From an uncultured bacterium (lineage in GTDB: Bacteria > Oederibacteriota > Oederibacteriia > Oederibacteriales > Oederibacteriaceae), in contig OZ218778.1 of assembly GCA_965112635.1 (NCBI GenBank), positions 640,001-704,000 on the forward strand: DNA of 64,000 bases. Reading direction: 5' to 3'. How positions within the stretch are numbered: the first letter of the stretch is position 1; each line of letters starts with the position of its first letter. The notes under the pieces were generated by a model. It was not told the origin of the DNA. It searched no databases and saw nothing but the letters and a program-made list of their open reading frames with translations. The translations under genes and the position numbers were made by a program. This document shows, piece by piece, positions 48,598 to 59,461 of the stretch.

Positions 48598-49002
48598 TTA
48601 TTTTTTCGTGGAATGCACGATGCCGTTGATGTCGGTCACAGAAATGTCCGTGAGCTTTTTGTCCGTGAAATCGAACTCCATATCCTTGGCCTCGCTGGAG
48701 ATCGGGAAAAAGAAGAAAAGGCAGCCCAGGTTCTCCGGCGCCTTGTCCGACAAATGGCTCTTGATGATCTGATTAGAGCTGAACAAGACCATGGGCTCAT
48801 CCGCGGCCCATCCTTCCTTTTTTAAATAGGCCCGGACATCATCAATGCCTGCTCCCGCAGGGAATTTTTGGGCCAAAAAATCGCGGATCTCCGGAGCGTT
48901 TTTCAGCACTTTCCCGGAAGAGTCCTTGATCTGTGGGGCGCAGGAATAAATAGATAAGGAAATCAGGATAAGGATCAAAAGCCTAAAGGTTTTTGGTCTC
49001 AT
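48598..49002 (-). CDS. Hypothetical lipoprotein
   Basis: MRPKTFRLLILILISLSIYS-C lipobox; GGAGG RBS. Confidence 0.75.
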   Translation of the reverse strand: MRPKTFRLLILILISLSIYSCAPQIKDSSGKVLKNAPEIRDFLAQKFPAGAGIDDVRAYLKKEGWAADEPMVLFSSNQIIKSHLSDKAPENLGCLFFFFPISSEAKDMEFDFTDKKLTDISVTDINGIVHSTKK

Positions 49003-49238
49003 TTTTCCTCCTTGACCCAAGCGTACCATATCTTGCGCCCTCATCAAACCCCTGCCCTCCCAAGGGCATCACTGGCCACAATTCTCTTAAACTATAAGAA
49101 TTAAAAGGGACCAGGGGCCAGGTTGATGGGGGGAGTGTTCCCCTGAAACCCCTGAAAAAAAACGGGCCAGGCTATGGGTTCCTTATCCATAACAATAAGC
49201 TATAATTAGGGAGTTGGAAATCGGGAAGGGGATTGGCT

Positions 49239-51381
49239 ATGAGAGTGTCGCAAAAACATTGTGCATTTGTTTTGGGACTAGCGCTTTTGTTGCTTTTACT
49301 TGCAGCGCCGCTCAGCGTTTTGGCTGCGGATTGGCCTTTATTCCGCATGAACGGCTTTAGCGGGTACACCACGGATAGCATCGGCACGCAGAATGAGATA
49401 CGGTGGATGTATCCCCCTCCCGCCGCGCCCACCTCGCCGATAGTCGTGGCTGGTTTTACCTATTTTTGCACTGAAGGCGCCATTTATAAGATAGACAGCA
49501 GCGGCGCCCTATCCGCGACCTGGTCAACCAACCCCATCAACCCCTCGGCTTCAGTCACCACCTACTACACGATGCCGGCCTACAATAACGGCGTCATCTT
49601 TGTCGGGGCCGAGGACGGCGTCCAACCATCTCTAAACGGTGTTTATGCCGTCAACACGGCTGACGGTTCCCCCTATTGGACCAATCCGCCGACCTGCCCG
49701 GGCTATTGCAACTACCCTACCAACGGTCCTATAGATCCCAAGGCAGGGCCTACCGTCGCGGGCGGCAAGGTATTTATCGGGGACCTGACCGGGTGGATAT
49801 ACGCCTTTGATGTCACTCAAACGATCCCGGCATCCGCTCTTCTGTGGCATACCGCGCATGGCACTGCCAGATTTTATAGCTCCCCGGCCTCCACGGGGAC
49901 CAACTGGGTTTATTTTGACAGCGTTGATACCACGACCAACCAGAGCAGGGTTTACCAGGTCGCTGTGGCTACCGGTGTCGTGAACCTTTCCTATCCGGCC
50001 GCGGGGATTTTCAGCCCTATCTATACTTCTCCGGCCATAGACGGAAGTGGCAACATCTATTTTGGCTGCGACAACAACAATGTCTATTCCCTCAATTCCG
50101 GCCTCACGCTGAGATGGACCTATCCCACAGGCGGGGCGGTCAGGTCCAGCCCCTCCCTGGCCACTTTCGGGGCGACTACCTATTGCTTTGTGGGGTCAGG
50201 GGACGGTATTTTATACGCCCTTGACGCCAGCAACGGGAACATGCTGTGGGACTACCAGGTGGACCTGTCTCCCACGGGCCCTTTTTATTCATCCCCTGCT
50301 GTGGGGCAGGACGGCAGGCTCTACTATGGCACGGGCAGTCCGGGCTCCGATCTGTATGTTTTGCAGGCCAACCCCCCCCTGCAGCCGACCCCCCAAATGC
50401 TGGCCATGTTCGGGCCGTGGGGAGTGGGAGGGGTTTTATCGGCCGCCATCAGTGACACCACAGGTAGCGGCGGTTTTCCCGCCGCGTATGTCGCAGGGGA
50501 CAAGATCTATTGTCTGGGCCCGACTCTGACGCCTACCATGACTGGCACTCCTGCTCCGTCTTCGACAGCCACCATCACTCCGACGTCTTCGACCACCGGG
50601 ACCATAACGGTCACGGCCACTCGCACCGCCACAGCCACGCAGACTGCCACGGCCACAGCGACCGCCACGGCCACGGCCACGGCAACCGCCACCAGCACAG
50701 CCACGGTCACGCAGACCTCTTCTCAGACCCTGACCTCCAGCCAGACCCTTACGGTCTCCAACACAGGGACCATCACCGAAACTTTGATCCCGTCCCAAAC
50801 CTCCACCCAGACCACGACCCCTTCTACCACCCAGACGCCCTCTGAGACCCTGACACCCAGCCAGACCTCTACGATCTCTCCGACTGCCACCGCGACCAAT
50901 ACCTTGACCCAGACCGTGACCCCGAGCCAGACCCTGACCCCTTCTACCACCCAGACGCCTTCCTCGACCGTCACCTCAAGCCAGACCTATACCCCCAGCC
51001 TCACTCCCACGTTTCTTTTTCACCTTTACCCCGACTCCCAGCGGCCAACTCCAGATCCTGCAGCATGTGCCCTATCCCGACCCGGTCAGAGGCGGCACCC
51101 TGAATATCTATGTGGAAATGACCGATGTGCCGACTTCTTTGGATATGAAGGTCTACACCACCTCCTTCAGGCTGGTCAAAAGCCGCCATTATGAAAACTT
51201 CGGCGAAAACATCCAGATCGTCTACGACAGTAATGTGGCCAGGTACACCTATACCATCAATGATAATGTCTGCGACAGGACCCTCAACTATCTGGCCAAT
51301 GGTCTGTATTACTATGTGATTGAGGCAAACAAGAGTCCCATTATTTACAGGGTGATAGGCAAATTCATAGTTCTTCGTTAA
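49239..51381 (+). CDS. Secreted PQQ/BamB-like beta-propeller with Thr-rich stalk and T9SS-CTD/FlgD-like C-terminal domain; frameshift near 51012-51021
   Basis: Signal peptide then ADWPLFR; repeated SSPA...YFG...LYAL...W units; T-x repeats; second frame TFTPTPSGQLQILQHVPYPDP...KVYTTSFRLVK...LANGLYYYVIEA. Confidence 0.75.
50520..51010 (+). repeat. Coding low-complexity repeat: (TA)n, then TxTPSQT units
   Basis: ACNGCC hexamers at about 50620-50705; repeated gacccc ttctaccacccagacgcc units at about 50815 and 50935. Confidence 0.85.
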
Positions 51382-51414
51382 CGGAAGCTTTTCCTCTGAG
51401 GCCTCAGAACCCTC

Positions 51415-52026
51415 TCATTTGGACTTGAACCGGTATCCCTCGCTCCCGCGCTGGTTCATCAGCTCCACATCAATGGGGAAGGACATTTTGCACAGCATGG
51501 GCTGTCCATGGGCGTCCAGGGCCGGCTCAAAATGAGCGTTCTTGACCTTTTCCTCGATAAACTCATTCAAACCCTCATACCCTCCCATCACCACCTGGGA
51601 CCCCTGCACCTTTCCCTCGGTGTCGATATAGACCTCCACCATGACCACATAGTGAGAGTCGCCGTAGGACTTGGGCGGCATGGCGGACTTGGGCATGTTG
51701 GTGTAATACCCGAAAAGGCCATCCACCCACATGGGCTTTTGGGCTACCTGGGACGCGGAAGCATAGTCGCCCATGCGAGGTATAAGCCAGGGCGAACCGC
51801 CGTTGACCCGCTGGTAGTTGATGCCGCTTTCCTGCCTGTCGACCCTGGCCTCGGCCACCGGCGGAGGGGGCGTCTGCTCTTCGGACCTGGAAAGGTCCAG
51901 TTCAATATCTTTTGGCGTTGCCGGTAGCGGGGTTTTTAGCCACCAGACTAAGAGGACCAGGACGGCCAGATGGAACATGAGAGACAGGGTAAAATTCTGC
52001 AGGCCTTGTTGCATTCTTTTGGACAT
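51415..52026 (-). CDS. tonB: TonB family energy transducer
   Basis: TM with SLMFH, Pro-rich segment, C-terminal V.ID.EGKV...FEPAL. Confidence 0.82.
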   Translation of the reverse strand: MSKRMQQGLQNFTLSLMFHLAVLVLLVWWLKTPLPATPKDIELDLSRSEEQTPPPPVAEARVDRQESGINYQRVNGGSPWLIPRMGDYASASQVAQKPMWVDGLFGYYTNMPKSAMPPKSYGDSHYVVMVEVYIDTEGKVQGSQVVMGGYEGLNEFIEEKVKNAHFEPALDAHGQPMLCKMSFPIDVELMNQRGSEGYRFKSK

Positions 52027-52048
52027 GGGTTTAGGTCCTTTTGGGGGA

Positions 52049-52459
52049 TTACTGCTCCGAGGCCAGGCCCACCCGGCTGGCTCCGGATGCCTTGATAGTA
52101 TCCAGCACGGTCACGACCTGTCCGTAGGGCAAACTGCGGTCAGCTGCCAGGGTCACATGAACATCCGGGTTCACTTTGACCGCCACGCTCAGGTTGTTCT
52201 TCAGGCCCGCCAGGTCTATCCTATCCTCTTTGAGGTAGAGCTCGCCCCGCTCTTTGAGGGTCACGCGGATATTGGCGGTCTCTCCCACGCCCTGGGTGAT
52301 CTTGGGCAGGTTGACCCGCAGGGTGGCCAGGGAAATGAAATGCGCGGTCACCATGAAAATGATGAGCAGGACCAGGGTGATGTCCACCATGGGCGTGATG
52401 TTGATGCCGACGATAAGGTCCTGGTCCGTGTCGTTGTGCCGCATACTATCTCCGTTCAT
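52049..52459 (-). CDS. exbD: ExbD/TolR biopolymer transport protein
   Basis: INITPMVDITLVLLIIFMVTA, ADRSLPYGQVV. Confidence 0.93.
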   Translation of the reverse strand: MNGDSMRHNDTDQDLIVGINITPMVDITLVLLIIFMVTAHFISLATLRVNLPKITQGVGETANIRVTLKERGELYLKEDRIDLAGLKNNLSVAVKVNPDVHVTLAADRSLPYGQVVTVLDTIKASGASRVGLASEQ

Positions 52460-53078
52460 TTTTGTTTTTGAGATGGGCCAGCAGGAGGCTGGTGATACTG
52501 TCGCAGTTGGAAATCACCACCTTGATACGGCTCAAAAAATAGTTGTTGGCCATGACCGCCGGGATGGCCACCAGGATACCGAAGGCCGTGGCAATAAGGG
52601 CCGAGGAAACGCCTGCCATGACCGCTGAAACGCTCGTGCCGCTGCTCACTGCCAGGTCATTAAACGCCTTGATGACGCCTAATACCGTGCCGAAAAGCCC
52701 GATAAAGGGCGCGTTGTTGCCCAGGGTGCCCAATATAATAAGGAACCTCTCCAACTTTTGCCTCTCCTGGGGAAAATGCGCGTCCATGATCTCGCTGACC
52801 GCATCCGGACCCTGCGCAAAGTTTTGCAGGCCTAAAACCGCCATCCTGGCCTCGATGCTCCGGGAGGAGCGGGCTACCGCCAGGGCCTGGGCGATATCCC
52901 CTTTTTGCAGGGTTTCCTCCAGCTTTTGCATGAGATCCGGGAAATTTTTTTCTTTGGTCTTCCTAAAAACCCTCCAGCGGTCGATCATGACCGCGATAGA
53001 GATAACGCTTGCGGCTACCAGCAGGTAGAGCACCCACACATCACCGATCAGCGCCAGTTTATGAAAAAGCTCTTCCAT
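52446..53078 (-). CDS. exbB: ExbB/TolQ/MotA proton channel protein
   Basis: LGTLGNNAPFIGLFGTVLG, ALIATAFGILVAIPA. Confidence 0.93.
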   Translation of the reverse strand: MEELFHKLALIGDVWVLYLLVAASVISIAVMIDRWRVFRKTKEKNFPDLMQKLEETLQKGDIAQALAVARSSRSIEARMAVLGLQNFAQGPDAVSEIMDAHFPQERQKLERFLIILGTLGNNAPFIGLFGTVLGVIKAFNDLAVSSGTSVSAVMAGVSSALIATAFGILVAIPAVMANNYFLSRIKVVISNCDSITSLLLAHLKNKNERR

Positions 53079-53089
53079 CTAAATCCTCC

Positions 53090-54244
53090 TTACTTTTTGG
53101 GTTCCGGGACCACCAGGACGGAGTTCCAACCGCCGTAGTTGTCATGGATTCTTTCGCTGTTTTTAGGATCGTTGATATACAAGCTCTGGTTGATGATGTA
53201 CTTGTACTGGAAGGATCCCGGCACCATGTTCAATTTGATCTTGAAAAGCCCTCCGTCCGTCTTTTCCATCTTGTCGCACTCCTGGTCCCAGCCGTTGAAA
53301 TCGCCCACCACGGACACACTTAAGACAGGCTCCCCTCCGTCCTGCTGGTAGCTGAGCTCCACGGAGGTGGCCGGCTCGAACAAGCTCACCCGGTTGCGAC
53401 CGTTCCTTTTGCTGGCGTACAGGGCCTTGTCCGCGGCCGAGATGAGGTCATCGGCGGTGCGGGCGTCCCGGGGGAAGGTGGCCACGCCCATGCTGACCGT
53501 GATATAGCGCATCTGGTTGCCCTCCTGGACGCACACCGGATGGGTCTCGATCTCCCTCCGGATGCGTTCGGCCATTTCCATGGCCTCGCGCTTGGAGGTC
53601 TCGTGCAGGGCGAGGACGAACTCCTCCCCGCCGTAACGCGCCGCCAGGTCCGTGTCCCTGATCTCGTCCCGCAGGGTCGCGGCGATGTATTCCAGAGCGC
53701 AGTTGCCGGTCGGGTGGCCGTACTTGTCGTTGAATTCCTTGAAATGGTCCAGGTCCATCATGACCAGGGACAGGGCGCGGTGGTAACGCTCGGCCCTCCG
53801 CACCTCTTCCTTGAAACGCACATTAAAATACCGTAAATTGGCTAGGCCGGTCAAAAAATCCGTGAAAGCCATCTGGGTGAGCTGGTTGAGGGTCAGCCCC
53901 GGGTCTTCCTCCACGATGCCCCTGTCCTTCTCCACGTTCTCCAAAAGGTCGTTGGCCACGACCTTGATGCCCACAAGCCTGCCTAAATCCTTTTGCAGCC
54001 TGTCTTGGTGATTTCTGAGGGCTTCAAAAGTAGCCCGCGCCCTCTGCTCGTCTACGGAAAGGTCGGAAACCGCCAAAGCCAGGGCCTCGTAGTCCGGTTT
54101 GCCCAGGGCCTGGCTGTCGATCAAAAGCTGGATCTCGTTGGAATGCCGGCCCCCCAAAGCCAGGCTGCGTAGCAGACGCATGTCCACATTCTGGCTTTCC
54201 GCCCCAAAATCGACTTTATTCCCTTGTTTTTTACCAAGTGTCAT
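53090..54244 (-). CDS. Diguanylate cyclase with C-terminal CBM48 (AMPK-beta-like glycogen-binding) domain
   Basis: TDFLTGL.N, DLDHFK.FND.YGH, RDTD I-site, RYGGEEF, AD.ALY.SK..GRN; then VSVVGDFNGW...FQYKYIIN...DP...DNYGG.NSV. Confidence 0.9.
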   Translation of the reverse strand: MTLGKKQGNKVDFGAESQNVDMRLLRSLALGGRHSNEIQLLIDSQALGKPDYEALALAVSDLSVDEQRARATFEALRNHQDRLQKDLGRLVGIKVVANDLLENVEKDRGIVEEDPGLTLNQLTQMAFTDFLTGLANLRYFNVRFKEEVRRAERYHRALSLVMMDLDHFKEFNDKYGHPTGNCALEYIAATLRDEIRDTDLAARYGGEEFVLALHETSKREAMEMAERIRREIETHPVCVQEGNQMRYITVSMGVATFPRDARTADDLISAADKALYASKRNGRNRVSLFEPATSVELSYQQDGGEPVLSVSVVGDFNGWDQECDKMEKTDGGLFKIKLNMVPGSFQYKYIINQSLYINDPKNSERIHDNYGGWNSVLVVPEPKK

Positions 54245-54366
54245 GTAACTTTTCCTTTTCCGGCCGGGTAAAAAAAATGCTCGGTCCGTTCCCCTCATTA
54301 TAATCCACCCCAAGGTAAAACAAGCCGGCTATTATGCTAAAATCTTGTTGATTTATCAATCTCATT

Positions 54367-54455
54367 TTTCAGGTCTCCCCATGATCAGGTTCCCGGAGCC
54401 AGCCCCCTCTGGCAGAGGCGGGCAAGAGGACCCGGCTCCCTGTTGAGACCTGAAA
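54367..54455 (+). ncRNA. Candidate structured leader RNA upstream of the GH116 gene
   Basis: 11-bp closing stem tttcaggtctc/gagacctgaaa, inner ggagcc/ggctcc stem and gccc-cctct/agagg-gggc hairpin; extended -10 TGCTAAAAT upstream. Confidence 0.4.
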
Positions 54456-54468
54456 TAAGGAGCGTCCT

Positions 54469-57048
54469 CTGCCTACTTTTAATTCAAAAAAATTCAGCTT
54501 TCAGACCCTTTACAGCGCAGAACAATCTCTGCACTTGGCCTTTCCCTTGGGAGGCCTGGGTGCCGGCTGTATCTGCCTGAACGGGATCGGCGGTTTACAG
54601 GATTTTTCCATACACCACAGGCCTGACACGACCGCCATGGCCGACGGCCAAGGCTCAAGGGACGCGGCCTGCGCCCTTCTCCATATCAAAGGCGTTCGGC
54701 CTGTGACCAAACTGGTCGAAGGCCCCCTGCCCCGGGCTAGGATCTACGACCAGGGCTTGCAGGCCCAGGGTTTCCGCAAAAGCGGCTTTGAGGGCCTGCC
54801 CCGTTTCAGCCGCTCGTCTTTTAAGGGACAATACCCTTTCGCTGAAGTGGACCTGAGCGACCCTGAAGTTCCGTTAAGGGTCAAGATCAGTGGGTGGAAC
54901 CCGTTCATCCCCCTGGATGATAAGAATTCCGGCATTCCTTGCGCCATACTGGAATACACACTGTCCAATCCTACCGGAAAAAAAGTAGACTATGATCTTT
55001 CCTACCACCTCTCGCATTTAGCTCAGGGCTCAGCCGGTCATGGGGCCGGCTCCCACAACGCTATGATCCCAGGAAAGGGAATATTTTTCTACAATACCGA
55101 CAAGCCGACCTCTGATAACTGTGGCAGCGCCAGCCTGACCGTGATCGGACACAAACCAGTGATCAAAACCATGTGGTTCAGGGGCGGTTGGTTCGATGCT
55201 TTCTCCGTGTTATGGCGGGAAATTTCCACGGGCTGTTTTAAGCCTAATACCGGGTCAGGCCGCCAAAAACTGGATGGCCGCAACGGCGGCTCTCTCCTGC
55301 TTTCCGGAAGCCTGGCCCCGGGCCGCACCATCACCTATCCCATTGTGATCACCTGGCATTTCCCGGTGAGCGCTTTGACCCAGGGCGGGTTAAAGCCCGG
55401 ACAAAAAGCGGACTGCGCCTGCGGTTGTTCCTGCAAACAGGCCAAGACCTGGAGCCCCTTTTACACGTCGCTTTGGAAAAACGCCCATGAAACGGCCCTG
55501 TATGTCGATAAACATTTTGTTTCGCTCAAAAAACGAACCCTGGCTTTCCAACAGGCCCTGTTCTCCTCCACCCTCCCCCCGGAAGTTTTGGATGCCGTTT
55601 CGGCTAACCTGGCCATCCTCAAATCTCCCACTGTGCTCAGGCAAAAGAACGGCAACCTTTGGGGCTGGGAAGGCTGTTTTCCCGACTCAGGCTGCTGCTC
55701 CGGTTCCTGCACCCACGTTTGGAACTATGCCCAGTCTTTCGCCCATCTTTTCCCTGCTGTGGAGCGCACCCTGCGCCGGCAGGAATATTGTTTCTCCATG
55801 AACTCCGCGGGCCACGTGCAATTCCGCAGCGCTCTGCCCGACGGCCCGGCCAACCATGATTTTCACGCGGCCGCCGACGGCCAGCTGGGCGGGGTCATGA
55901 AAGTTTTTAGGGACTGGCATATCAGCGGCGACACGGCCTGGATGGCCGGGTTGTATCCCCTGGTCAAACAAAGCCTGGACTATTGTATCCGCACCTGGGA
56001 CCCTGACCGCAAGGGCGCTTTGTTCGAACCCCACCACAACACCTACGACATCGAATTCTGGGGCCCGGACGGCATGTGCACAAGTATTTATTTGGGAGCC
56101 CTGTGCGCCTTTGTGGAAATGGCCAGGGCGTTGGGTAAATATCAGGAGGCGGCCACTTACTGGCTTTTGGCGGAAAAAACAGCCCGTTTTATGGATAAGC
56201 ATCTATTCAACGGCCGATATTATTTCCAGCAGGTGATGTTCACGGGCCTGCACCATACCTCTTTTACCCGGCTTATGGCCAAAGTGACTTCCCGCAGCAC
56301 CGCCGAGATGCGGCTTCTCCAACAGGAAGGGCCCAAATACCAATATGGGAGCGGCTGTCTGGCCGACGGCATCATCGGCGCCTGGATGGCCAAGCTCTAC
56401 GGAATCCGCCTTCCTTTGGATCAGGAACACGTCCGATCCGCCCTGCGCTCTATATTCAAGAACAACTTTAAAAAAGACCTTAACGATATTCCCAATACCC
56501 AGCGGCCCGGCTACGCCGTGGGCCACGAACCCGGCCTGCTCCTGTGTACCTGGCCCGGGGGCAACAAACCCACCCTGCCCTTCCCCTACTCGGACGAAGT
56601 CTGGACTGGCGTGGAATACCAAGTGGCTTCCCATCTCATCGAGGAAGGCATGGTACGGGAGGGTCTGAGCATTGTCAGAGGGGTGCGCCGGCGTTACAAC
56701 GGCATGACCCGCAACCCTTGGAACGAGTACGAGTGTGGCAGCTACTATGCCCGGGCCATGGCCAGCTACGCCCTGCTGGGTTCCTTGTCCGGGTTTCGCT
56801 ATTCCGCCATGGACAAGACCCTGTGGTTGGGCCCCAAACTCCGGAAACTCCCCTTTAGAACCTTTTTTTCCACTGCCTCGGGCTTTGGGGTCATCACATT
56901 GGAACACCGCCATCTCAAAATCGCGGTGATGGAGGGTAAATTGGCCATTAAAAAATTCTGTTTCAATTTCCAGGGAAAATATAAAGAGTGGATGCTGGAC
57001 CGGACCGTGAATCAGGGGAAACAGTTCTCTTTGAGAGGGCACTGGTAG
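54469..57048 (+). CDS. GH116 (GBA2-like) beta-glycosidase
   Basis: AFPLGGLGAG, WGWEG, GSCTHVWNY, AADGQ, HNTYDIEF, EVWTG.EY, RNPWNEYECG; probable CTG start after AAGGAG. Confidence 0.9.
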   Translation: MPTFNSKKFSFQTLYSAEQSLHLAFPLGGLGAGCICLNGIGGLQDFSIHHRPDTTAMADGQGSRDAACALLHIKGVRPVTKLVEGPLPRARIYDQGLQAQGFRKSGFEGLPRFSRSSFKGQYPFAEVDLSDPEVPLRVKISGWNPFIPLDDKNSGIPCAILEYTLSNPTGKKVDYDLSYHLSHLAQGSAGHGAGSHNAMIPGKGIFFYNTDKPTSDNCGSASLTVIGHKPVIKTMWFRGGWFDAFSVLWREISTGCFKPNTGSGRQKLDGRNGGSLLLSGSLAPGRTITYPIVITWHFPVSALTQGGLKPGQKADCACGCSCKQAKTWSPFYTSLWKNAHETALYVDKHFVSLKKRTLAFQQALFSSTLPPEVLDAVSANLAILKSPTVLRQKNGNLWGWEGCFPDSGCCSGSCTHVWNYAQSFAHLFPAVERTLRRQEYCFSMNSAGHVQFRSALPDGPANHDFHAAADGQLGGVMKVFRDWHISGDTAWMAGLYPLVKQSLDYCIRTWDPDRKGALFEPHHNTYDIEFWGPDGMCTSIYLGALCAFVEMARALGKYQEAATYWLLAEKTARFMDKHLFNGRYYFQQVMFTGLHHTSFTRLMAKVTSRSTAEMRLLQQEGPKYQYGSGCLADGIIGAWMAKLYGIRLPLDQEHVRSALRSIFKNNFKKDLNDIPNTQRPGYAVGHEPGLLLCTWPGGNKPTLPFPYSDEVWTGVEYQVASHLIEEGMVREGLSIVRGVRRRYNGMTRNPWNEYECGSYYARAMASYALLGSLSGFRYSAMDKTLWLGPKLRKLPFRTFFSTASGFGVITLEHRHLKIAVMEGKLAIKKFCFNFQGKYKEWMLDRTVNQGKQFSLRGHW

Positions 57049-57110
57049 GCCCCCGGACTTTTACGTAAAAGCCGCCATTTTTGTTATGAAAACCCCGTTG
57101 TTTCGCGTCC

Positions 57111-57139
57111 TTGACACCCAACGGCGGTTTGGTTATCCT
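57111..57139 (+). promoter_or_regulatory. Sigma70 promoter of acs
   Basis: TTGACA-N17-TATCCT. Confidence 0.6.
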
Positions 57140-57302
57140 TGAGTTGTTTTAAATTCACCCAAAATTTGGCATCATAACCGGTTTTAAAAGTCCTTCTGTT
57201 CCATCGCCAGGACCAAAAAAAACCCGGAAAAAACAGTCGAAGGTATTCCCATTCCTTTTAATAAGGTTTGGAATCCTAATTTTATACAAGGAGGTTCGTG
57301 TT

Positions 57303-59300
57303 ATGGCACCAAAACCTAAAGAATCGGAGACTCTGGATAAATTTTCCTCAGTGTCCGCTGACGCGCTCAAAACTCTGCTGACGGAAAAGAGGACTTTCAA
57401 GCCGCCCAAGAGTTTCGTCAAGCAGGCCCTCGTCAAAACCGCGGCCGTCTATGCCAAGGCCAAGAAAGACCCGGTGAAGTTCTGGGCGTCGTTCGCCAAG
57501 GAACTGGCCTGGTTCAAGCCCTGGAAAAAGGCCATGGTCTGGGATGAGCCCCATGTGAAATGGTTCGACGGCGGCAAGATCAATGTTTCCTACAACTGCC
57601 TGGACCGCCACCTGGGTACTCCAACCCAGAACAAAGCCGCCATCATTTTTGAGGGCGAGGACGGCACCGACAAGGTCCTCACCTACCGCGACCTGTGGAG
57701 AGAGGTCAATCGGTTCAGCCATGTGCTCAAGAAACTCGGCGTCAATAAAGGCGACCGGGTGGCCATCTACCTGCCCATGATACCCGAAGCGGCCATAACC
57801 ATGCTGGCCTGCACTAGGATCGGCGCTCCGCATTCCATCGTGTTCGGAGGGTTCGCTCCCGAGTCTTTGCGCGACCGCATCAACGATTGCGAAGCCAAGA
57901 TCCTCATCACCGCGGACGGCGGCTACCGCCGGGGCGGCATTGTCCAGCTCAAGAAAAACTCCGACATCGCCGCTGCCCAGTGCCCCACCATCCAGAACGT
58001 GGTCGTGGTCCAGAGAATGGGCGCAAAAATGGAATGCCCCATGCAAGTGGGACGCGACCTGTGGTACCACGAATTGATGGCCCAGGCTCCGGCCACGCCC
58101 TTTCCCTGCGAGCAGATGGACAGCGAAGACATGCTCTTCCTTTTATATACCAGCGGCACGACCGGCAAGCCCAAAGGCATTGTCCATACCACCGGTGGGT
58201 ATTTGACGGGCGTCTACGCCACCACCAAATGGATATTTGACATCAAGGATACGGATGTTTACTGGTGTACGGCCGATATCGGCTGGGTCACAGGCCACAG
58301 CTACATCGTCTACGGCCCCCTGGCTAACGGCGCCACCACCGTGATCTATGAGGGTTCCCCGGACTGGCCAGACAAAGACAGATTCTGGGCCATCATCGAA
58401 AAATACGGTGTCACCATCCTTTACACCGCGCCGACCGCCATCCGCACCTTTATGAAATGGGGTGTGGAATATCCCCAGAAACACGACATGAGCAGCCTGA
58501 GGCTTTTGGGCAGCGTGGGCGAACCCATCAACCCCGAGGCCTGGATGTGGTATTACGAGCATATCGGCGGTAAACGCTGCCCCATCGTGGATACCTGGTG
58601 GCAGACCGAGACCGGCCATATCCTCATTGCTCCTCTGCCCGGCGTAGTCACGTTAAAGCCGGCTTCAGCCACCTTCCCCTTCCCCGGCATCGACGCCGAG
58701 GTCGTGGATGAGAATGGCAAGGTCGTGCCTCTGGGCGGCGGCGGATATCTGGTCATCAAAAAACCCTGGCCCGGAATGGTCAGGACCATCTATAAGGATG
58801 ACGCCCGTTATGCCAGCCAGTACTGGGGCAGGATGAAGAACGTGTATACGACCGGCGACGGCGCCAAGAGGGACAAGGAAGGTTATTACTGGCTCCTCGG
58901 ACGCATCGACGATGTGGTCAATGTTTCCGGCCACCGCATCAGCACCATGGAAGTGGAAAGCGCCCTGGTGGACCATCCCAAGGTCGCGGAAGCGGCCGTG
59001 GTCGGCAAGGCCCATGACGTCAAAGGACAGGCTTTGTCAGCTTTCGTCACGGTCAAGAACTCAGTGACCGTCACCCCGGAACTGAAAAAAGAACTGATGG
59101 ACCATGTGGTCAAAAAGATCGGCCCCATCGCCCGTCCGGACGATATCTTCTTTACCGCCGACCTTCCCAAGACCCGCAGCGGCAAGATCATGCGCCGGCT
59201 TTTGAGGGATATCGCGGAAGGCAGGGCCCTGGGCGACACCACCACCCTGGCTGATCCCAATGTCGTGGCCAAGCTCAAAGAAGGATATAAAGAAGATTAA
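57303..59300 (+). CDS. acs: Acetyl-CoA synthetase (AMP-forming)
   Basis: [57 protein letters not shown]. Confidence 0.97.
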   Translation: MAPKPKESETLDKFSSVSADALKTLLTEKRTFKPPKSFVKQALVKTAAVYAKAKKDPVKFWASFAKELAWFKPWKKAMVWDEPHVKWFDGGKINVSYNCLDRHLGTPTQNKAAIIFEGEDGTDKVLTYRDLWREVNRFSHVLKKLGVNKGDRVAIYLPMIPEAAITMLACTRIGAPHSIVFGGFAPESLRDRINDCEAKILITADGGYRRGGIVQLKKNSDIAAAQCPTIQNVVVVQRMGAKMECPMQVGRDLWYHELMAQAPATPFPCEQMDSEDMLFLLYTSGTTGKPKGIVHTTGGYLTGVYATTKWIFDIKDTDVYWCTADIGWVTGHSYIVYGPLANGATTVIYEGSPDWPDKDRFWAIIEKYGVTILYTAPTAIRTFMKWGVEYPQKHDMSSLRLLGSVGEPINPEAWMWYYEHIGGKRCPIVDTWWQTETGHILIAPLPGVVTLKPASATFPFPGIDAEVVDENGKVVPLGGGGYLVIKKPWPGMVRTIYKDDARYASQYWGRMKNVYTTGDGAKRDKEGYYWLLGRIDDVVNVSGHRISTMEVESALVDHPKVAEAAVVGKAHDVKGQALSAFVTVKNSVTVTPELKKELMDHVVKKIGPIARPDDIFFTADLPKTRSGKIMRRLLRDIAEGRALGDTTTLADPNVVAKLKEGYKED

Positions 59301-59386
59301 TAGGCCCCACAAGTTATATATAAAGAAAAGGGCCTATTACTCCGAGACGCCTTGGCGTCGAGGAGCTACCGGAAGTTAATGTTGTG

Positions 59387-59427
59387 ACCCCGTCTTTTGC
59401 CTAAAAACGAAAGACGGGGTTTTTTTG
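59387..59427 (+). terminator. Intrinsic terminator after acs
   Basis: accccgtcttt...aaagacggggt followed by a T-run. Confidence 0.75.
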
Positions 59428-59461
59428 TAATGCATCCCGGAAATTTAAGGAGCACAAACCC

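Noticed and set aside
54367-54455. 6S RNA, SRP RNA or c-di-GMP riboswitch
   Set aside because: Too short for 6S, lacks the SRP domain IV consensus and lacks c-di-GMP-I/II core motifs.
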